Under the pieces are notes generated by a model, which was not told the DNA's origin, searched no databases, and saw nothing but the letters and a program-made list of their open reading frames with translations. The position numbers and the translations under genes are program-made. From positions 134,899-198,898 of the forward strand of contig PLZJ01000003.1 of NCBI GenBank assembly GCA_003152105.1: a stretch of 64,000 nucleotides of DNA, written 5' to 3'. How positions within the stretch are numbered: position 1 is the stretch's first letter; every line of letters starts with the position of its first letter. Shown one piece after another: positions 9,882 through 20,326 of the stretch. Origin of the DNA: Candidatus Levyibacteriota bacterium. Lineage in GTDB: Bacteria; Patescibacteriota; Microgenomatia; Levybacterales; UBA12049.

Positions 9882-10825
9882 AAAAAATATCTTTTATAAT
9901 TATAGCTTTTAACGAAGAAAAAACTATTGCACGTTGTATTAAATCTATTATGAAACAAAAAAATCTGTTTGATTACGAAATAATTGTGGTAAATGATAGT
10001 TCAACAGATTCAACTATAAAAGTCGTATCTAAATTCGTTAAAATAAATAAAAGGATAAAACTTCATTCTCTATTAACAAATCAAGGGAGAGGTGCTGCTC
10101 GAAATACTGGAATTAATGCTTCTATTGGTGAATACGTCGCTTTTATAGATGCAGATATTATTTTACCTCAAAACTGGCTAATAACATGCATGAGTTATAT
10201 GGATCGCTATGATGCCGTTAGTGGCATTGCGGTGCCTGATGGTGATGTTAACTATATTTATGTAAAATGTAAACTGAATCCAAAAATTGTATCGCATAGC
10301 ACTATTATAACTGGCAATAATGGCTTATATAATCGAAAAATTTTTGGGTCTGTGATGTTTGACAAAAGTTATAAAAATGGCGAAGACTTTGTTTTCAATC
10401 ATTATTTGAAAAAGAAAAAATATAAAATATATTCAATTACCTCCTTGGTTGTAGAACACAGAGAATCGAAAGATTTTATTAAAGAACTTAAATGGCTTTA
10501 TCAAAGTGGCTTAGGTGCTTCACGCTTATTTAAACAATTCGGTAAATTACGCTTGCCAGATATAACATTTTTTTGTCTATTAATTATTGTTGTCTTAACT
10601 ACCTTGTTAAACTATATACTTCATTTATATATCTTAATACTATTTTTACCTCTTTATGTATTATTTATAAGCACAATACATCTAATTAAAAAATTCCATT
10701 TTCAATTTAACAAATCAATTAGCTTTACTATAGCTATACTTTTAAATAGTATTTTATTAGCTAGTTATTATTGGGGACGTTTTATTGGTATATTTACTGA
10801 AAAAAAGTCAAGGTTCAGTAATTGA
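9878..10825 (+). CDS. glycosyltransferase family 2 with C-terminal TM helices
   Basis: IIAFNEE, VNDSSTD, GRGAARN, FIDAD, GED. Confidence 0.88.
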   Translation: MKKISFIIIAFNEEKTIARCIKSIMKQKNLFDYEIIVVNDSSTDSTIKVVSKFVKINKRIKLHSLLTNQGRGAARNTGINASIGEYVAFIDADIILPQNWLITCMSYMDRYDAVSGIAVPDGDVNYIYVKCKLNPKIVSHSTIITGNNGLYNRKIFGSVMFDKSYKNGEDFVFNHYLKKKKYKIYSITSLVVEHRESKDFIKELKWLYQSGLGASRLFKQFGKLRLPDITFFCLLIIVVLTTLLNYILHLYILILFLPLYVLFISTIHLIKKFHFQFNKSISFTIAILLNSILLASYYWGRFIGIFTEKKSRFSN

Positions 10826-10857
10826 TAAATAAAACGTATAGTTCAAATTAATATAAT

Positions 10858-11862
10858 ATGAAAAAAACACCTTTTGTAAGTATTTTAATCTGTACATTTA
10901 ACGGTTCTAAAAAAATAGAAAAGTGCTTAAGATCATTGATTAATCAAAATTATCCAAAAAATAAATTTGAATTAATAATTGTTGACGATGGATCTACAGA
11001 TAATACTATTGAGGTAGTATTAAAATTCCCAGTTGTTTTGGTTAAACACCAAAAAAATAAAGGGATCGCAACAGCAAGAAATACTGGGTTAATGAAATCA
11101 CATGGAGAAATTATTGTAAATATTGACGATGATTGTGTTATGGATAAAAATTGGTTGAAAAATTTGATTAAAGCATATGACACCGAAAGCGTAATGGGTG
11201 CAGGAGGTGTATTAATTTTACCAAATAATCCTTCTATCGTAGATGAATACTGTTATCATGTTGGGTATGGGAATCCTACCCCAATTTTATTAGGGAAATC
11301 CAATAACATTGTTGAACGATTTTGGAATTATTTGCATGTCAACTTTACGAATCCTCAATCTAAATACATAAATGGTTCCTTGGTATTTGAGTTTCCAACA
11401 ATTAATTCTTCGTTTAGAAAAAAATATCTAACTAGAATAAATGGATGGAATGAACTTTTCACTACTTCATCAGAAGATCTTGATATATGTAGAAGACTAA
11501 AAAACAGATACCCTAAATTAGATTTTGTTGTAATGCCAAAAGCAAAATTAATACATAAACAAGATTTAACATTGTTAAAATTTCTTTCTAAAGAATACAA
11601 TCGTGGAAAATTAAGAAAGAAATATTACACAATAAAGAATCAAATACCACCATATTTTCCTTTTCCAATTTTATTCATTTTGATTAGTATTATTATAGTA
11701 CTCTTGAAATTATCAGTTATAATTATATTATTTATACCATTTTTACTTTATCCTTGGTGGATTATCAGAGCATTTAATCAAAAAAGAGTTAAAATATTAT
11801 TATTCCCATATTTGCAACTATTACATGAAGAGGCTACAGTTTTAGGGATGTTGATTAATTAA
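10858..11862 (+). CDS. glycosyltransferase family 2
   Basis: ICTFN, VDDGSTD, GIATARN, NIDDDC, SEDLD. Confidence 0.88.
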   Translation: MKKTPFVSILICTFNGSKKIEKCLRSLINQNYPKNKFELIIVDDGSTDNTIEVVLKFPVVLVKHQKNKGIATARNTGLMKSHGEIIVNIDDDCVMDKNWLKNLIKAYDTESVMGAGGVLILPNNPSIVDEYCYHVGYGNPTPILLGKSNNIVERFWNYLHVNFTNPQSKYINGSLVFEFPTINSSFRKKYLTRINGWNELFTTSSEDLDICRRLKNRYPKLDFVVMPKAKLIHKQDLTLLKFLSKEYNRGKLRKKYYTIKNQIPPYFPFPILFILISIIIVLLKLSVIIILFIPFLLYPWWIIRAFNQKRVKILLFPYLQLLHEEATVLGMLIN

Positions 11863-11863
11863 T

Positions 11864-14770
11864 ATGATTTCAATAATAATAATTCTTAAAAATGATTTAG
11901 AAATAATACAAACTATAGGAGGAATAAATGATCAAGATTTTCATGGCGAAGTCGAATTAATAGTTATAGATAGATCAACCATTAATTATCCTCAAATACA
12001 CAGCAGATTTCCTTTAAAATGGGTAAAATTTAATCCAAAAGGCAAACAATTTACTATTCCGGAACAAAGAAATAGAGGACTCACTGAGTCAAAAGGAAAT
12101 ATTATTGTATTTCTGGATGTAAGTTGTATTCCTCAAACAAATTGGTTAACAGAATTAGTAAAACCAATAATAAAGTACAATGAAAAAATTGTGATGGGTA
12201 AAACTGGGTCAATTGGAAAAAAAACATTAAATGACTTATCCTATGATAAATTAGTTAATATTAAATATGTTAATGAAGCACCAACTATAAACATAGCTAT
12301 TTCTAAAGAAATATTTAATACAGTTGGTTTATTTGATGAAAAGCTTGAGTATGGTTCGGACGTAGATTTTAGTTGGCGTGCAATTGATAAAGGATATGCT
12401 ATTCGATATCAACCTTTAGCTCTAGTTAGTCATAACTGGGGCAATAATAAAAGAGAAATAAAACGAACAATTCTATATGGAAAAGCCAGAGCTAGACTTC
12501 TTATTAAACATATTAGAACACGTTGGAAAAACCTGTTTGGTAAAGATTCACCAGTGTTATTATATCCAGCACTTATTATGGGTTTACCAATTACAATCAT
12601 TTATCATTGGTATTTGTTAGTATTTCCATTATTAGTATTAAAAAATACAAAAGAACCAAATCCTATTGGTATAGTATCCAAACATATAATTTATGGGGTT
12701 GGTGTATTAATAGAAATTGTAAATCTATTATTCAAATGTCTAAACAAAATTCTTAAAGAAGCAAACAGTTTAGAATTTACCTACACGCTAGGTCTAGCAT
12801 TATTTTCCGCGATGACTTATGGCTTAATAGTAAATTTTATTTTACCGCAATTTGGTATTAATTCACCTCTTTCATTTCATTATATTTGGCCAGTTTATAT
12901 TTTCTTTTTGTTTCCATTAATTAATCTATTATCAGAAATTAAAAAGTGGTTCAATAAAGATTATTTATCATGGCTGTTAAAGATATTATTTTTATTAAAT
13001 CCTATACTTGCTATAGCAGGAGTAAATTATCTTGATAATACGGGTAATGGATCGCTAGCTTTAGCTTCTGTAGCGTTAATTTGTTTAAATTTTACAATAA
13101 CATTTTTACAAAGAAATTATAGAGATGAAATATTTAAATTATCTTTATATTCATCGGCTATATCATTACTATTAGCTAATTCTCTAAGAAGTCACTTTCT
13201 TGTTGGATGGGATATTCACCAAGAATATTTTGTTTTTCGTCTAACTAATCTTCACAACTTTTGGAATATAAATTCCTTCAGAGATGCTTATAATGCATGT
13301 TTAAGTATTACCATTCTACCAACAATAATTCATAATCTTTCTGGATTTTCACCGTTAACAATATTTCGATTAATATATCCACTAATAATTGCCTTAGTAC
13401 CAATTGTTGTATATCAAGTTGGAACAAAATTAACTGATAAAAAAATAGCCTATGCCGGAGCATTTGCTTTTTTACTCCAAGCTCAATATTTTACAGAATT
13501 ACCATCTCTGCTAAGACAGGGGATAGCTTTTTTGTTTTTTGCACTACTTATTGAAATATTAATTAGCACTAAAATAAGTCAAAAAAGAAGAAACCTTTAT
13601 TTTTTGATATTTGGTATAGGTATGATTTTTTCCCACTATTCCACAACCTACGTAGCATTAGCAATATTATTGTTAGCAAAGATAATCAATGTCATCTTTA
13701 ATAAGTTTTGGTCAGGTAAAGAGTTAACAAGCCCAATAACTTTTAGCTCGTTAACAATTCTTTTTCTTATAACTTTTTTATGGAATACATTAATAACCAA
13801 CACTACACAAGGAATTAATCAAATCTTTATAAATGTCTTTAATAATATTGGTAGCACTTTTTCTCTTGAAAATAAATCTAACATGATCAGAAATATAGTT
13901 TACCAACCTTCCAATAATACAACTGAAGTAATAAATTATTCAAATAAAAGTATGGAAAACATTACTGATCCTCAAAATTATAAAGATTATCAGATTTATC
14001 CGGTGTCATTAAACACTGGTAAATCAGTTTTAATTTCTGATCCAACTCCGATATATTTCCATTTAATAATTCCATGGGTATTTCGCTTTTCAATACTTTT
14101 AGGGTTTATTTATCTACTAATAAATTATTTCAAGAGAAAAGAATCTCCTTTTATTATTAGTATATGCTTTTCAATGTTTATTATAACTTTAAGTATTGGA
14201 ATACTACCATATTTATCAATTAATTATAATTTTGAGAGAGTATTTCAGCAAATGTTAGTATTATTAGCACCTATAAGTATAATTGGTTTTATACATATAA
14301 TTAGGGTTGTTAAAAAAATACCAATTTCCTTACCTATTATCATATTTTTATTATCATATTTCATTCAAACAACCGGATTTGTCGACCATTTTATATATAA
14401 TAGCAGCATATGGATGTATAATAATTCTGGTGAACAATACTACCGTTATTATTCATCAAGTGGTGAAATTAATGGTATCATTTGGCTAGAAAAAAATACT
14501 AATCCAACTATCTTACTGTATGCTGATGAATATTCAAAATTAAGATTTCAAGCATACTCAAATGAAAAATTCAGCTATATTTCTAATCAGATTAACCCAC
14601 CTGTCATAGAAAAAGATAGCTATATTTTCTCAGGTCTAGCTGGAACTAAGGCTAATACTGTATATTCTGAAATCAATAATCAAGCTCTTGAATTTAGTTT
14701 TCCCAATAAATACTTATCTGAAACTAAAAACACAATTTATTCAAACTCAGTTACAAAAATATATAAATGA
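11864..14770 (+). CDS. GT2 domain fused to a DUF2206-like multi-pass membrane (GT-C-like) domain
   Basis: N-terminal ~290 aa GT2 (QRNRG, FLDVSC, GSDVDF); remainder has LVGWDIHQEY, YNACLSITILPT, RQGIA, FSHYSTTY, typical of DUF2206. Confidence 0.75.
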   Translation: MISIIIILKNDLEIIQTIGGINDQDFHGEVELIVIDRSTINYPQIHSRFPLKWVKFNPKGKQFTIPEQRNRGLTESKGNIIVFLDVSCIPQTNWLTELVKPIIKYNEKIVMGKTGSIGKKTLNDLSYDKLVNIKYVNEAPTINIAISKEIFNTVGLFDEKLEYGSDVDFSWRAIDKGYAIRYQPLALVSHNWGNNKREIKRTILYGKARARLLIKHIRTRWKNLFGKDSPVLLYPALIMGLPITIIYHWYLLVFPLLVLKNTKEPNPIGIVSKHIIYGVGVLIEIVNLLFKCLNKILKEANSLEFTYTLGLALFSAMTYGLIVNFILPQFGINSPLSFHYIWPVYIFFLFPLINLLSEIKKWFNKDYLSWLLKILFLLNPILAIAGVNYLDNTGNGSLALASVALICLNFTITFLQRNYRDEIFKLSLYSSAISLLLANSLRSHFLVGWDIHQEYFVFRLTNLHNFWNINSFRDAYNACLSITILPTIIHNLSGFSPLTIFRLIYPLIIALVPIVVYQVGTKLTDKKIAYAGAFAFLLQAQYFTELPSLLRQGIAFLFFALLIEILISTKISQKRRNLYFLIFGIGMIFSHYSTTYVALAILLLAKIINVIFNKFWSGKELTSPITFSSLTILFLITFLWNTLITNTTQGINQIFINVFNNIGSTFSLENKSNMIRNIVYQPSNNTTEVINYSNKSMENITDPQNYKDYQIYPVSLNTGKSVLISDPTPIYFHLIIPWVFRFSILLGFIYLLINYFKRKESPFIISICFSMFIITLSIGILPYLSINYNFERVFQQMLVLLAPISIIGFIHIIRVVKKIPISLPIIIFLLSYFIQTTGFVDHFIYNSSIWMYNNSGEQYYRYYSSSGEINGIIWLEKNTNPTILLYADEYSKLRFQAYSNEKFSYISNQINPPVIEKDSYIFSGLAGTKANTVYSEINNQALEFSFPNKYLSETKNTIYSNSVTKIYK

Positions 14771-15846
14771 AAATTAAAGTATTAGTATATCCTTACGACA
14801 TAAATCCATACCAGAACTTACTTTATAATCATATGCGCAATGGAGTTGAGATAAAATATTTGAAAGGATCAACTTCATCTCAAACAATAAACAATATATT
14901 GCTTCCATTATTACTTATAAAATACAGAGTAAAAGGGTATAAAATTTTTCATCTCCACTGGACCTATGGCTTTACTTTTCCTGGCAAAAATTATCTATCA
15001 CTTTTTTTTTCAACAATATATTACTATTTAATTCTAACTTTTATTAAGTTTACAGGATATAAAATCGTTTGGACTGTTCACAATATTCTTCCTCATGAAA
15101 AACAATTTATCAATGATATTTATGCAAGTAAAGTTTTATCAAAATTATGTAATGTTAAAATAGTCCATTCAAAATCCGCAATTGATGAAATGAGACATTT
15201 AGACTTTGACATTAAAAATATAAATATAATTCCTCATGGAAACTATATTGAATCATATGTAAATGAAATTACTAGAAAGGAAGCGAGAAGAATATTAAAT
15301 ATTAATAATAATGATTTTATTTTTCTTTTTTTTGGGAGAGTTGAAAAATATAAAGGTATTGAATATATGTTAAATGAATTTTCAAAAATTAATAATCACA
15401 ATATTAAACTTATAATATGCGGGGCTTGTACTGATCCAGAACTATTAACAAAAATACAATTATATATTACTAACAGTAATATAACATTTATAAATAAACA
15501 CATTAATAATAATGATATACAAATATTCATGAATGCATCTGATACTGTAATTTTACCATTCAATAAAATAAACTCAAGTGGCTCTGCAATTCTAGCATTA
15601 TCATTCGCTAAGACCATTATTGCACCACAAAAAGGAACATTAAATGAAATGCCAAAAAATGTTGGTTATTTTTATAGTAATGGAAATAATAATGGTTTAT
15701 ATAAAAGTATGATTAATTCAATTTCAAAAAGAAATATGCTTGAAATTATAGGTCAGAATGGATATGAATATATTAAAACTTTTTCTTGGAACAATATTTC
15801 AAAAAAAACGTTAAGACTCTATAAAGAATTAGAACAAAAGGATTAA
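14767..15846 (+). CDS. glycosyltransferase family 4
   Basis: NPYQNLL, HLHW, WTVHNILPHE, IPHGNY, FFGRVEKYKG, SSGSAILALSF. Confidence 0.9.
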   Translation: MKIKVLVYPYDINPYQNLLYNHMRNGVEIKYLKGSTSSQTINNILLPLLLIKYRVKGYKIFHLHWTYGFTFPGKNYLSLFFSTIYYYLILTFIKFTGYKIVWTVHNILPHEKQFINDIYASKVLSKLCNVKIVHSKSAIDEMRHLDFDIKNINIIPHGNYIESYVNEITRKEARRILNINNNDFIFLFFGRVEKYKGIEYMLNEFSKINNHNIKLIICGACTDPELLTKIQLYITNSNITFINKHINNNDIQIFMNASDTVILPFNKINSSGSAILALSFAKTIIAPQKGTLNEMPKNVGYFYSNGNNNGLYKSMINSISKRNMLEIIGQNGYEYIKTFSWNNISKKTLRLYKELEQKD

Positions 15847-15848
15847 TA

Positions 15849-16973
15849 TCAGAGTACCGATTTATATGCATCAAGTGTTTCTTTTGCGCAACGTTTCCAA
15901 CTAAACTTTCTTGATTGATTTATGCCTTTTTTTATAAGGATATTTTGCAAATTATTATTATCTAAGATTTTATTCATTTGTAAACATATTTCATTTATAT
16001 CATAGGGATCTACTTTTATTGCGGCGTCACCGACAATTTCGGATAAAGATGAACTTGAAGAAGTTATAACAGGGACCCCTGATGCCATAGCCTCAAGTGG
16101 AGTAAAGCCAAAACCTTCATATTTTGAAGGATAAACAAATAAATCAGCCCTATGATAATAACTTAATAATTGTCTCTCGTCTATAAAACCTAGAAAATGG
16201 ACAAATTTGTTTAAATTTAATTTATGTATAATCTGGTTAAGCTTAAAAAACTCATCACCATCTCCACCAATTATTAATCTAACATCATTCCTTTTTTTAG
16301 CTAATTTATTAAACGCATATATAGTCTCGTATATTCCCTTTCTTTTTGTAAGTCCACCTAAAAAAAGTATTATTTTTGTATTACTTGATTTTCTTTGTAA
16401 AGGATAAAATTTATTTGTATCTATTCCTGGATAAATTACTAGTATTTTATTTTCAGATATTCCAAGAACATTAATTAAATCTTCTTTAGTTTTTGTAGAG
16501 ACAGCCAATAGAAGTTGGCTTTTTTTTGCGTAGCTAGAATAAGTATTAAAGTAATATTTTTCAAATTTATATCTTGATTCAGAAACCAAAGGAATAATGT
16601 CATGAAAAGTAGTGATTAAAGGTTTTTTATATAATTTTATAGGCATGATTGATTCACTTGGAGAAATTGCATGATAAACTTGTGAATTAATATCTTTCAA
16701 TTCATTCAGCATTGAAAATTTGTTATTTCTAAACCTAGAATAATAGTGAAATTCATTTTTTATTGGATTAATATAACTTTTAATAATATCAGGAATAAAA
16801 GGAGTAATAGGATTTTTTTTACTATTTATAGATGGTGATTGAAACGTATCAGATATAACGTTTAATTGTAAATTTTTATCAAGTAATTTTAATTCCTTAA
16901 CAAGCGTAGTAGTATATCTTCCTATACCATCTTTGCTATGATAATATCTTCCTGCAATAATAGAAACATTCAT
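15849..16973 (-). CDS. glycosyltransferase family 4 (MtfB-like)
   Basis: [43 protein letters not shown]. Confidence 0.9.
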   Translation of the reverse strand: MNVSIIAGRYYHSKDGIGRYTTTLVKELKLLDKNLQLNVISDTFQSPSINSKKNPITPFIPDIIKSYINPIKNEFHYYSRFRNNKFSMLNELKDINSQVYHAISPSESIMPIKLYKKPLITTFHDIIPLVSESRYKFEKYYFNTYSSYAKKSQLLLAVSTKTKEDLINVLGISENKILVIYPGIDTNKFYPLQRKSSNTKIILFLGGLTKRKGIYETIYAFNKLAKKRNDVRLIIGGDGDEFFKLNQIIHKLNLNKFVHFLGFIDERQLLSYYHRADLFVYPSKYEGFGFTPLEAMASGVPVITSSSSSLSEIVGDAAIKVDPYDINEICLQMNKILDNNNLQNILIKKGINQSRKFSWKRCAKETLDAYKSVL

Positions 16974-17884
16974 AGTTTATGGGAATAACTTCCTGTTCTG
17001 CCAATATAGCCATCTAAAATTCCTTGTAAAATTACCTTAGCCATCTTGAATTCTTTTTTAATTATATGTTTATAAATTTGATAAAATGATTCTTTTAAAA
17101 ATATGGAATTAAAAATTAAATTATCAACAAAAGAATAATTATTTTTATAAAAAAATATTAAATTTCTAATAAAATAATACCTAACATTTTCTTTTCCAAT
17201 AAGATCACTTGATTTTCCAATTTTATGCCAAACTTTTGAGCTTGGTATCGCATAAAGAGAAAAATCATTTTTTACAGCCATAAGACTATAATCCATATCT
17301 TCGATATATAAAAAGTATTCTTCTTTATATAAACCTATTTTATCAATTACACTTTTTTTAATTAACATACTACAGCCAGTAAGAAATTCTACTTTTCTAT
17401 TATTTTTAAATTGACCTCTATCAATTTTTGATTTATTTTTATCGATAAAAGGCCAGGAATTCCTAAAATTGAAGTTAAGTCCTGATGACCATATTACTTC
17501 AGGTTTATCAGCTAAGTAAATAAAAGGACTCAAAATACCTATTTTCTCATCAGTTTCACCAACAGAAACTAATTCAGAAAGAAAATTCTTACTAACAACA
17601 GTGTCATTATTTAATAATAGAATATAATCAGCATCATGTTTTAATGCATATCTTATCCCCACATTACATCCTCCTGAAAAACCTAAATTTTTCAAATTTT
17701 CTAATAATTTAATATTAGGGAATTTTGATTTTATTTCCTTAACTGAGTCGTTTGTCGATGCGTTATCAATCAAAATTATTTTATAATTTTTATAGTCTAT
17801 TTTGAGCAATGATTTTAGACATTCTATGGTGTCTTTATAGCCATTCCAATTTAAAATAATAATGTAAACTAATGGGTATTTCAT
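16970..17884 (-). CDS. glycosyltransferase family 2 (rhamnosyltransferase-like)
   Basis: ILNWNG, DNAS, NLGFSGGCN, LLNNDT, TGCSML, YFLYIEDMDY, VWHK. Confidence 0.9.
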   Translation of the reverse strand: MKYPLVYIIILNWNGYKDTIECLKSLLKIDYKNYKIILIDNASTNDSVKEIKSKFPNIKLLENLKNLGFSGGCNVGIRYALKHDADYILLLNNDTVVSKNFLSELVSVGETDEKIGILSPFIYLADKPEVIWSSGLNFNFRNSWPFIDKNKSKIDRGQFKNNRKVEFLTGCSMLIKKSVIDKIGLYKEEYFLYIEDMDYSLMAVKNDFSLYAIPSSKVWHKIGKSSDLIGKENVRYYFIRNLIFFYKNNYSFVDNLIFNSIFLKESFYQIYKHIIKKEFKMAKVILQGILDGYIGRTGSYSHKL

Positions 17885-19128
17885 AAGACTTTAATCCAAA
17901 CGATTATTGAGTATAGTATTGCAATTATACCTTCTCCCAAAAACCAACCATAACCAAGAGTTACTAGTCCCTTGGGAATAACAAAATGAAGTATCGATAA
18001 TAAAATTAAAGGTCCCAAGATGCACATCATCAGAAGCAAATTTAACCTACCTTTAATATTTAATATAGTACTTAAAGTACCATTAATAGAAGTAAAGATC
18101 ACAGATAATGCAAGTAATTGAAGCAAGAAAATGCCTTGACTGGAATATTCTTTACCAAAAAAAAGGAGTATATACTTCCCAAATAAAATTATAAAAATAA
18201 TTGAAGGAATAAGGATCATTATTGTAAATTTAACGGACTTGATAATATATTTTTTCAGTTCTTTATCATTATTACTACCTTCTGCAAATAAGGACTGATT
18301 TATAGATGATTGGATAGCATTTAAAAGTGTAATAATTGACATATCAATGTAGTAATAAGCGGCTTGTTTAGGTCCTAAGCTTGATGCAATCATTAGGGGA
18401 AGAAGATTTAATGGTAAACTTGCAGTGAAACTAGCTATAAAATTAATGAACGATAAATTAAATATTTTGTAAAATATATCCTTTTTTATTGTTAATTTAA
18501 ACTTATATCCAAAAAATTTGTATAAAATATATAAACTAATAAAGAAAGTTATAATCGAACCGAAAGATGTTGAAAAAAATATTGCAAAAGCGCCAAATGA
18601 AATTAATAAAAATGGGAGAAAAATCTTAAAAATACTTCCAATGATAGTTTTAAATAATATATACTTTGTATGTCTATATGCTATAAATACGTTACTATAT
18701 AATGCATCTAAGCTTCCGAAAACTGCAAATATAATATAAATGAATATATAGGCATTATTTTGTTTAAGAAATATTAATTTTGAAGAAAAATAGTTTAATC
18801 CCGAAATATATATAATAGAAATTGCAATTGTTGATATTAAAATAATTGTAATTACAGTATTAATTATATCTACTTTATTTTCAGATTTTGGCAAATAACG
18901 TATAATTCCAGTATTAAATCCAAATAAACTTAGACCTGTTATTAAAGCTAATGAAGAAATCAAGACCGTAGCTAGTCCAATTTGCTCAACCGAAAATAAT
19001 CTTGTATTAATAACCCAAAAAATAAACCCAAAAGACGACATTACTAAGGTGTTTAGCATCAAATAAATAGAATTTCTATAAATAGAATCATTCATAAAAT
19101 GACTATATAAATCTTTAATTAAACCCAT
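17881..19128 (-). CDS. oligosaccharide flippase (Wzx/MOP family)
   Basis: YRNSIYLM..T...S.FGFIFW....R, G.IRYLP, ~12 TM, LL.FGKEYS. Confidence 0.85.
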   Translation of the reverse strand: MGLIKDLYSHFMNDSIYRNSIYLMLNTLVMSSFGFIFWVINTRLFSVEQIGLATVLISSLALITGLSLFGFNTGIIRYLPKSENKVDIINTVITIILISTIAISIIYISGLNYFSSKLIFLKQNNAYIFIYIIFAVFGSLDALYSNVFIAYRHTKYILFKTIIGSIFKIFLPFLLISFGAFAIFFSTSFGSIITFFISLYILYKFFGYKFKLTIKKDIFYKIFNLSFINFIASFTASLPLNLLPLMIASSLGPKQAAYYYIDMSIITLLNAIQSSINQSLFAEGSNNDKELKKYIIKSVKFTIMILIPSIIFIILFGKYILLFFGKEYSSQGIFLLQLLALSVIFTSINGTLSTILNIKGRLNLLLMMCILGPLILLSILHFVIPKGLVTLGYGWFLGEGIIAILYSIIVWIKVL

Positions 19129-20080
19129 GTTTAAATCCTTTCGTCAGTAAATCTGGATAAATATACTTCATAAATAAAAGAAAATAAATAAGAAATAAAA
19201 TCATTCCTAAATAAGTATGGAAAAGATTTATCATAATCTCAGGAGATGTTAGAAGTCCAATCCAAATTAAGATATACACTCTTAAGCAATTTACAATAAA
19301 TAGACCCGTTAATAAGGGGAAATAATATATGAAAACTTTAAAGTGGCTTAATTTGTTCCAATCAAATATTGAAACTAGAAAATATAATGCAGTAAAAAGA
19401 TATATAGAATCTATACCAGAACAAGATTCTTCTATTATAACAACAAAGTTTCGGATAAATAACCCTCTAGGAGGCACTATACTTAATGGTTTAGTGGTGT
19501 ATGAAAACATAAAATATATGACATGTAGAACTATTGAACTTAAATAAGGCCATAGATTCCAAACAAAAAAGATAGACAATTCAAAAAGTATGGATAATCC
19601 AAGACACACTAAAATTGTTTTTATATTTTGTTTAAAGAACTCAAAAGTATAACTAATTCCAAAACATCCCAATATTAAAAATGTTGGGATAGATATAAAA
19701 ATAAGATGAGTAAGAATTAATTGTGGACTATAAAATAAGTTATCTTCGCTCAATATTAATTGTTTAGCTAAATATATAAATATTGGAATTAAAACTAATG
19801 ATAAAAATATTGATACAATATCTATTTTGTTAAATGTCGGGACTTTAATTTTAATTATTTTATCCCGATTAATTAAAATATATGCCATAAAAGCAAATAA
19901 TAATATTTTCCCTAAATTTGGGTATATATAAAAGTAGTATTTATAAAGAAGTTGAGATGGTATTATGAAAAATCCTAAAAATCCTGACTCAACTATAAAT
20001 ATTATCGAGAAAATTATTATACGAACTAGTAATGATTTATGAAATGATAATTTAGATTTCAACATCAAAGAATTATACAT
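19115..20080 (-). CDS. exosortase/archaeosortase family transpeptidase
   Basis: Multi-TM with catalytic triad motifs EESCSGIDS (Cys), VNCLRV (Arg), LFHTYLG (His). Confidence 0.88.
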   Translation of the reverse strand: MYNSLMLKSKLSFHKSLLVRIIIFSIIFIVESGFLGFFIIPSQLLYKYYFYIYPNLGKILLFAFMAYILINRDKIIKIKVPTFNKIDIVSIFLSLVLIPIFIYLAKQLILSEDNLFYSPQLILTHLIFISIPTFLILGCFGISYTFEFFKQNIKTILVCLGLSILFELSIFFVWNLWPYLSSIVLHVIYFMFSYTTKPLSIVPPRGLFIRNFVVIIEESCSGIDSIYLFTALYFLVSIFDWNKLSHFKVFIYYFPLLTGLFIVNCLRVYILIWIGLLTSPEIMINLFHTYLGMILFLIYFLLFMKYIYPDLLTKGFKHGFN

Positions 20081-20326
20081 TTTCTTAATCTTAAAGGAAA
20101 GTCAAAAAAAAACTGAATTTATAATGATCTCTTAAAACTTAAAAAGTGTATAGCCTATGTTATATTTTAATCAACCTATTAGGATATGATTTACTCAGAT
20201 TTTATAACACAAATCCTAACTTATTTGAATTTGATATACTACAAAGTCAAAACGCAAGTATTCATTCTTGAGATAAGAAAATAATTCTATTATAATTGAA
20301 AATTAAATTCCCTATATTTTACTAAC

